Source of the DNA: Paraspadella gotoi
Taxonomy: Eukaryota; Animalia; Chaetognatha
Length of the DNA: 63,990 nucleotides
Reading direction: 5' to 3'
NCBI GenBank assembly: GCA_051294375.1
Contig: CM119266.1
Span: forward strand, 22,201,885-22,265,874
Part shown: one piece after another, positions 59,068-63,990 of the stretch
Numbering within the stretch: position 1 is the stretch's first letter
Layout: each line of letters begins with the position of its first letter
Position numbers and translations under genes: made by a program
Notes under the pieces: model-generated
What the model saw: only the letters and a program-made list of their open reading frames with translations
What the model was told of the DNA's origin: nothing
The model's database searches: none

Positions 59068-62000
59068 TTAAAAAACGCTCTCGGCAGATTTGAAAAGGTG
59101 CACTGGGTGAGAGGGACTCCTAGCTAGGCGTTTTTTCGATAGTATCTCCAGCTTCTCCATAATTGCTTTGAAAGTGATTCTTTCTTCGGGTTGAGCCGTC
59201 CAACATTGGTGCAGCAATTCGCGGACTTCTCTTGGATGTTGATCCATGGCTGGAAAAATCCAAAGAGATTTTATACTGGGCTCTCGAATTTAAATCTTTA
59301 TCACAAAGAAATACGTAATTTTAATTCACCTTCGGGAATACGAAGTTTTCCATTCCCTCCTTGCCAGATGTGAACTTCCGGCTGTAGACGTCTGTGTGGG
59401 ATCTCGTGACAAATGAGTTCAAACCAGACTGTGCCATAAGCGAAAACATCCGTGGCTTTCGAGAAGGGCAAATCTTCATCCTGGAATGTTTAAATCGTTT
59501 ATATATTTTGAATTTCATAAATTTCAAACTATCTCACACAAATATTATATATCGCTAGGTAGTTGGTACCTGCTTGGTTGCGCTCAAAGCTCTCAAAACT
59601 TCGGGTGAGAGATACGAAAGCCATCCTTTGGGAATCATCAAGGCTTCACGGTTCTTATGCGGACATAGCTTAATCAAGCTAAAAAGTCCAAAATCCGTTA
59701 TGACAACCTGATTATGACGTAATTAAGAAAATCAGTTCGCTTCACAGAATATATCTAGTTATAATTAAAAATTACTTACTTTATTCAAATTTTCGATGAA
59801 TATGTTTTTAGATTTGAGATCTTTGTGAATGATACCCCTCGCGTGAAGATAGCCAATTCCATTCGCCGTTTGTGTCGCAATTTGAATAATCTAATGGTAA
59901 AAAATATTTTTAGTGAAATACTGAACGAAGTCGATATAATTTTCTTAAATTTCTTTATTTACTTTATTCATGGAGAATTTTTCTTTATGAGCAGGCTCAT
60001 GAAGAAGAGTGTACAAAGTTTTCCCTCGGCATAAACTTGTGACTATAGCTAAATGAGGTGGTCTCATACAGGCTCCCATAAAAAGGACCAAATTTTCGTG
60101 GCGAGTTTTTCGAAAATTTGCAACCTACGATTAAAAAAATATTAATACGAAAGTATAAATATGTTTTATTTTCAAATAATTATTATTTATCGAGTTTTTT
60201 AATAGGTTCGGATATAAAGATATAAAATTCTGAAAACTAAAAATCAATGATTTAAATATACCTCAGATTTAAAGGCGGTTAACTGGTTGATTTGGTTTTC
60301 TGGGGTCCCACCATGATCCATGTCAAGCATCTTAACAGCAACCTCTCCATGCCAAATACCACGAAATACTGTGCCAAAGCGTCCGCGTCCTAAAATCGTA
60401 AAAGATGAAACATTTTTGTTTTGTTTTCTGCGTTGATTTTATAGTTGTTTAAATTAATAAAATTAATGCACAACTTATTAAAAAAAAGTTATGGAATGAT
60501 CAAAACAGGACGACAAAAAAAAATTTACCATATCACTGTAAAAGTGAAACCTCAAAATGAATTAAATTACCCCTTGCCTTTAAATTTCTTTACCTATCAC
60601 AGTTCCGACATCAAGTTCGATAAAGGGAATGTCCCATTCCCTTAAAGTAGCAGAGAGGCTATTCTGTCGCAAGAATCCTCCTTGACCTCGATTAGCGTCT
60701 GGGTCGAAATCTTGCGAATCCATTGAATCCACTCTAAAAAATTTCATAAATATTTTTTCAGAACCTTTAGAAAAAATGTTATTTCTCTATGAAACATAAT
60801 TAGTAGATTTAGTTTTAGTTAATTATTGATTAATGTAGAAAAAAGTACTTAGAGAAATTCGGTATCTTTTGGCAAAGAATTTTATAAAATCTCTGTAACT
60901 TAAAGAATAAAAAAAATATTGGTAAAAAATTTATGAACCATATCATATGAAATTGGCACAATCAATATATATGTAACAAACCATAAAATTGATTATAATT
61001 TTTTCGACAGAACCCTCAATACCTGTCTGGTAACGTTTTTTCTGATGAATTGGAATCTATGACAGTTCTTGCGGACGAAGAACCACTGGAGCTCGATTGT
61101 GAGTTGTAAGTACTAGAAAGACCAAAAAGGTGAGTAAAAAATTTTAATTAGAAAGGAAATTAAGAAAAATACAAATAATAAAAGAAAACCTACTTGATGA
61201 GATCTGTCGTATTTTCTCTCGTGTTAGCCGACTGAGGTCCTGGGTCACTGCACACGAGCGAGGCACTAATTTTGGGTCCCCCACCATCGTTCAAGGGACT
61301 GAGGGATGCGACAGGCATCTGTGGCATAGTTGGCTGCAAGAGTTGAAAAAGTTTTAAAATAAAATCGTACACTGCGGTGCAAAAAAAAATAGCCACTAGT
61401 TAGCTTTAAATACACCCTTACTTTTTTTTAATTTAAAAAAAATATTATGATTAAACTTTTTTTCGTTATGTTTGGGTTATTTGCTTTGATGCACTGATGA
61501 AAGCTTGAATGAAAGCTGAAACTTGTATACAACTTTAAAAATAAAAATCGTTGATGTAAAAGATTTTGTCTTTAATTTCAAATAAAAAAAAAAATAATAT
61601 AATTATATATATAAAAGAATTTATAATAAAATTATTTTATTTTTTTATAAAAATATTTTTTTAATTATTGCCAAATATAACATTTTAACAATAAATACTG
61701 ATAATCAATTTTCTTAAAATCATTTCAAAATCAAAAAAATAATTTTAATATTTTAATATAAAAATTTTAGTTTTAATGTAATTATAAAAATTTATATTAA
61801 TCTGTTTTAATATAAATTGTTATAAAAAACTTAAATATAAAAAAGCTTTAAAAATAACCCCGAGTAAATTATTATTCTACTACTTTTTTTTTACTTTTAA
61901 AAAAAAATTTCCCATATCGTTTTTTTATTTAATTTATTTTTAATAAAAAATGGTTGATACCTATCCCTACAGATATCTGATACTAAATTTGTTTAATAAA

Positions 62001-63990
62001 AATTATATTGTTAAAATTTATAATAAAAAAATTAAATTATTTTTAATTGAAATTAATTTTTTTTTATCAGAGCTTTTGTATCAATCAACTTTTATGTCCT
62101 CTAACTTTTAAATAGGACTTTAACCAATCGTTTCAGCTTTCAATAAACTTCATATATATTATTATAATTTTATAAAATTCAGCCATCCAATATAGTTTTT
62201 CTCGATGCGAAACCAGTGGCTACTTTTTTTTTTGCCCGCAGTGTATATTAACTCTAAAAACTCGTGAGATGACGTAAAAAACTGTAAATATTTCTGGAAT
62301 TCACCCCACCTGACTTGCATCAGAGTCGACGCCCAGATGGTGCATATCCTTTGGTGGGTCGGTGCTGGTTTCGTTTCTACTTTGGTCGACGGGAAGATCG
62401 GGAAATCGAAACGAGGTCGTCGATTCCGGGTGGATGACGATTCTTGGGGATGGACGCGGCGAACACGACGGCATTCCTCCCATGATGGCGTTGATTGGTT
62501 GATTGAGAAAAAGTGCCGGAGAAGAGGGAGTGGAGGAATTCGCGGATGATGCTGAGAAAACGAATGGGTTAAATGAATTAGTAAATGACGCTATTATTCT
62601 TAGATCAAACTTAAAAATAAAAAAAATTTAATGTTAGTCTTTAATCTTATGCCTTTCCACTAGATTTCGTGCAAAATACCAGTTGACGCCTCAGGTTACC
62701 CGTGGAGCTGCTGTCGTGAAACGCTGGGCCGGCGCCATTGCCGTTTACGCCGAGGCCGAAGGCGTGCCTCGTCGGAACGCTCGAATGTCGGATGTTGGGA
62801 TGAGAGTTGGCGGCGCCTCCGACCAGGCGAGGATAGCCCGGCGGGAGGTTGCCGGGTGCCATGTCAGGCCCGGTGAAAAGCTGAAATGGCGGGATGCTGC
62901 GGCTCGATAAGTTAGGAGAATTTCCTGACGACGATGACACAACCTGGAACGATCAGAAGATAAGGAAAATTTATTTTTTAAGGATCAGACTGTTCCACAC
63001 CAGCTATAAGGTCCGTCAAGAAAATTTATTATTTATTATTTAGAAATCATGACTAATAACGACAAAGCATATATATATATATATATATATGTCTCCCCAA
63101 AAATTATAGAAAATCAAAATTTTCACTCACCTGACGATAGAAATCCGCAATTCCAGGCAAAATGCAAACCGGCGCCTTGGAAATGCAATCCTTGTGGCAG
63201 ACATATTTGCATTCCTTGCACTTCATTCCTAAAAAAAATGATTATTTTTCTCTTATTTTAAGAGTTACTTTAGATAATTTAACTAAAAGAAGTCAAAATT
63301 TAGGATTTTTTTTTACCGAATAACATCTTTTTGGAGCAAGCCTGACAAGTGAGCACTCGGAGGGCGTGGGCAAACTTGTGGTGAAACGGCGCTTGGACGA
63401 TCCGTTTGGGCGACTTGTGGGAGGAACCCGAAGAGGAGGAAGGGGACGACTTGTGGCCGGAGAGCAGCCGGCCCAGATCGTCGTTGTCCAGAAGGGACGC
63501 GCCCGGACCGTCGCTCATGGACGAGCTCGAAGCCGCATACGACGAATCCATCATCTGAAAAGAATTCAAAAGGTTTTTTTATCGGTGAATCTTCGAAACG
63601 CGTTAGACTAGTGAATGTACCGGATAAGAAGCAGGCGGAGGCCCTTCCACTAGGGAACCCACGACCTCCGTGCTCAAGCGCCGTCCATGCTGAAAATTGT
63701 CAACGAGCGTCAGGGTGTCCGTCCGACGTTTAGCCTGTAGTCAATCGGAGAAACAAATGAGACGGCGCTTTTCGGCTCAGGTACAATTTGGTTTCGTTCT
63801 GTATGTCTGAATTTAAATCATATTTATATACATTTAAACAATAACCGGTTGTTTAAAAAAAACATTTAACTAATATCTTGTATCAAACTAATGAAATAAC
63901 CCTTTCACTTTTAACCTTTTCGAGTAGCGCGGGATTGACGGGTTCGATCTTGTTGACGAGTTGTGATTCATGACTTCGACTTTTGGTCAG
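59068..63990 (-). CDS. KSR: Kinase suppressor of Ras (KSR), 5'-partial, multi-exon
   Basis: KSRSHESQL 14-3-3 motif, C1 domain HKF...[77 protein letters not shown]-type [21 protein letters not shown]-terminus [20 protein letters not shown]. Confidence 0.93.
61370..62243. mobile_element. Tc1/mariner-type MITE (874 bp) in a KSR intron
   Basis: TA|cactgcggtgcaaaaaaaaatagccact ... agtggctactttttttttttgcccgcagtg|TA; internal inverted segment gaaagctgaaac/gtttcagctttc; AT-rich, no ORF. Confidence 0.88.

Overview
Intron-rich animal (invertebrate-like, CpG-rich, microsatellite-rich) genomic DNA; the species cannot be determined from this window. The first ~21 kb is low quality. A ~9.2-9.3 kb block (1793-11110) containing a frameshifted non-LTR retrotransposon RT is repeated at 11136-20332, and its end is repeated again at 20358-21135, each copy separated by a 25-N gap; this is most likely a gap-filling artefact. 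The rest is gene-dense. On the + strand: an orphan 4-exon membrane-protein gene (26090-27218) and a large DYRK2-class kinase (33319-44858, 5' exons uncertain) preceded by four TCACGTGAC E-boxes spaced exactly 22 bp apart. On the - strand, four genes lie head-to-tail: KSR (partial), AHCY, SAM synthetase (MAT) and an F-box/LRR gene, whose first intron holds an antisense 6-exon orphan membrane-protein gene. The most notable signal is the adjacent AHCY-MAT methionine-cycle pair (516 bp apart) with candidate regulatory elements: TATA plus TCT/TOP start, an AARE, a GC-AG intron and a structured 3' UTR. Tc1-like MITEs, a Helentron/DINE-like element and several structured intronic elements are also present. 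All gene models were spliced by hand and all RNA structures were judged by eye.
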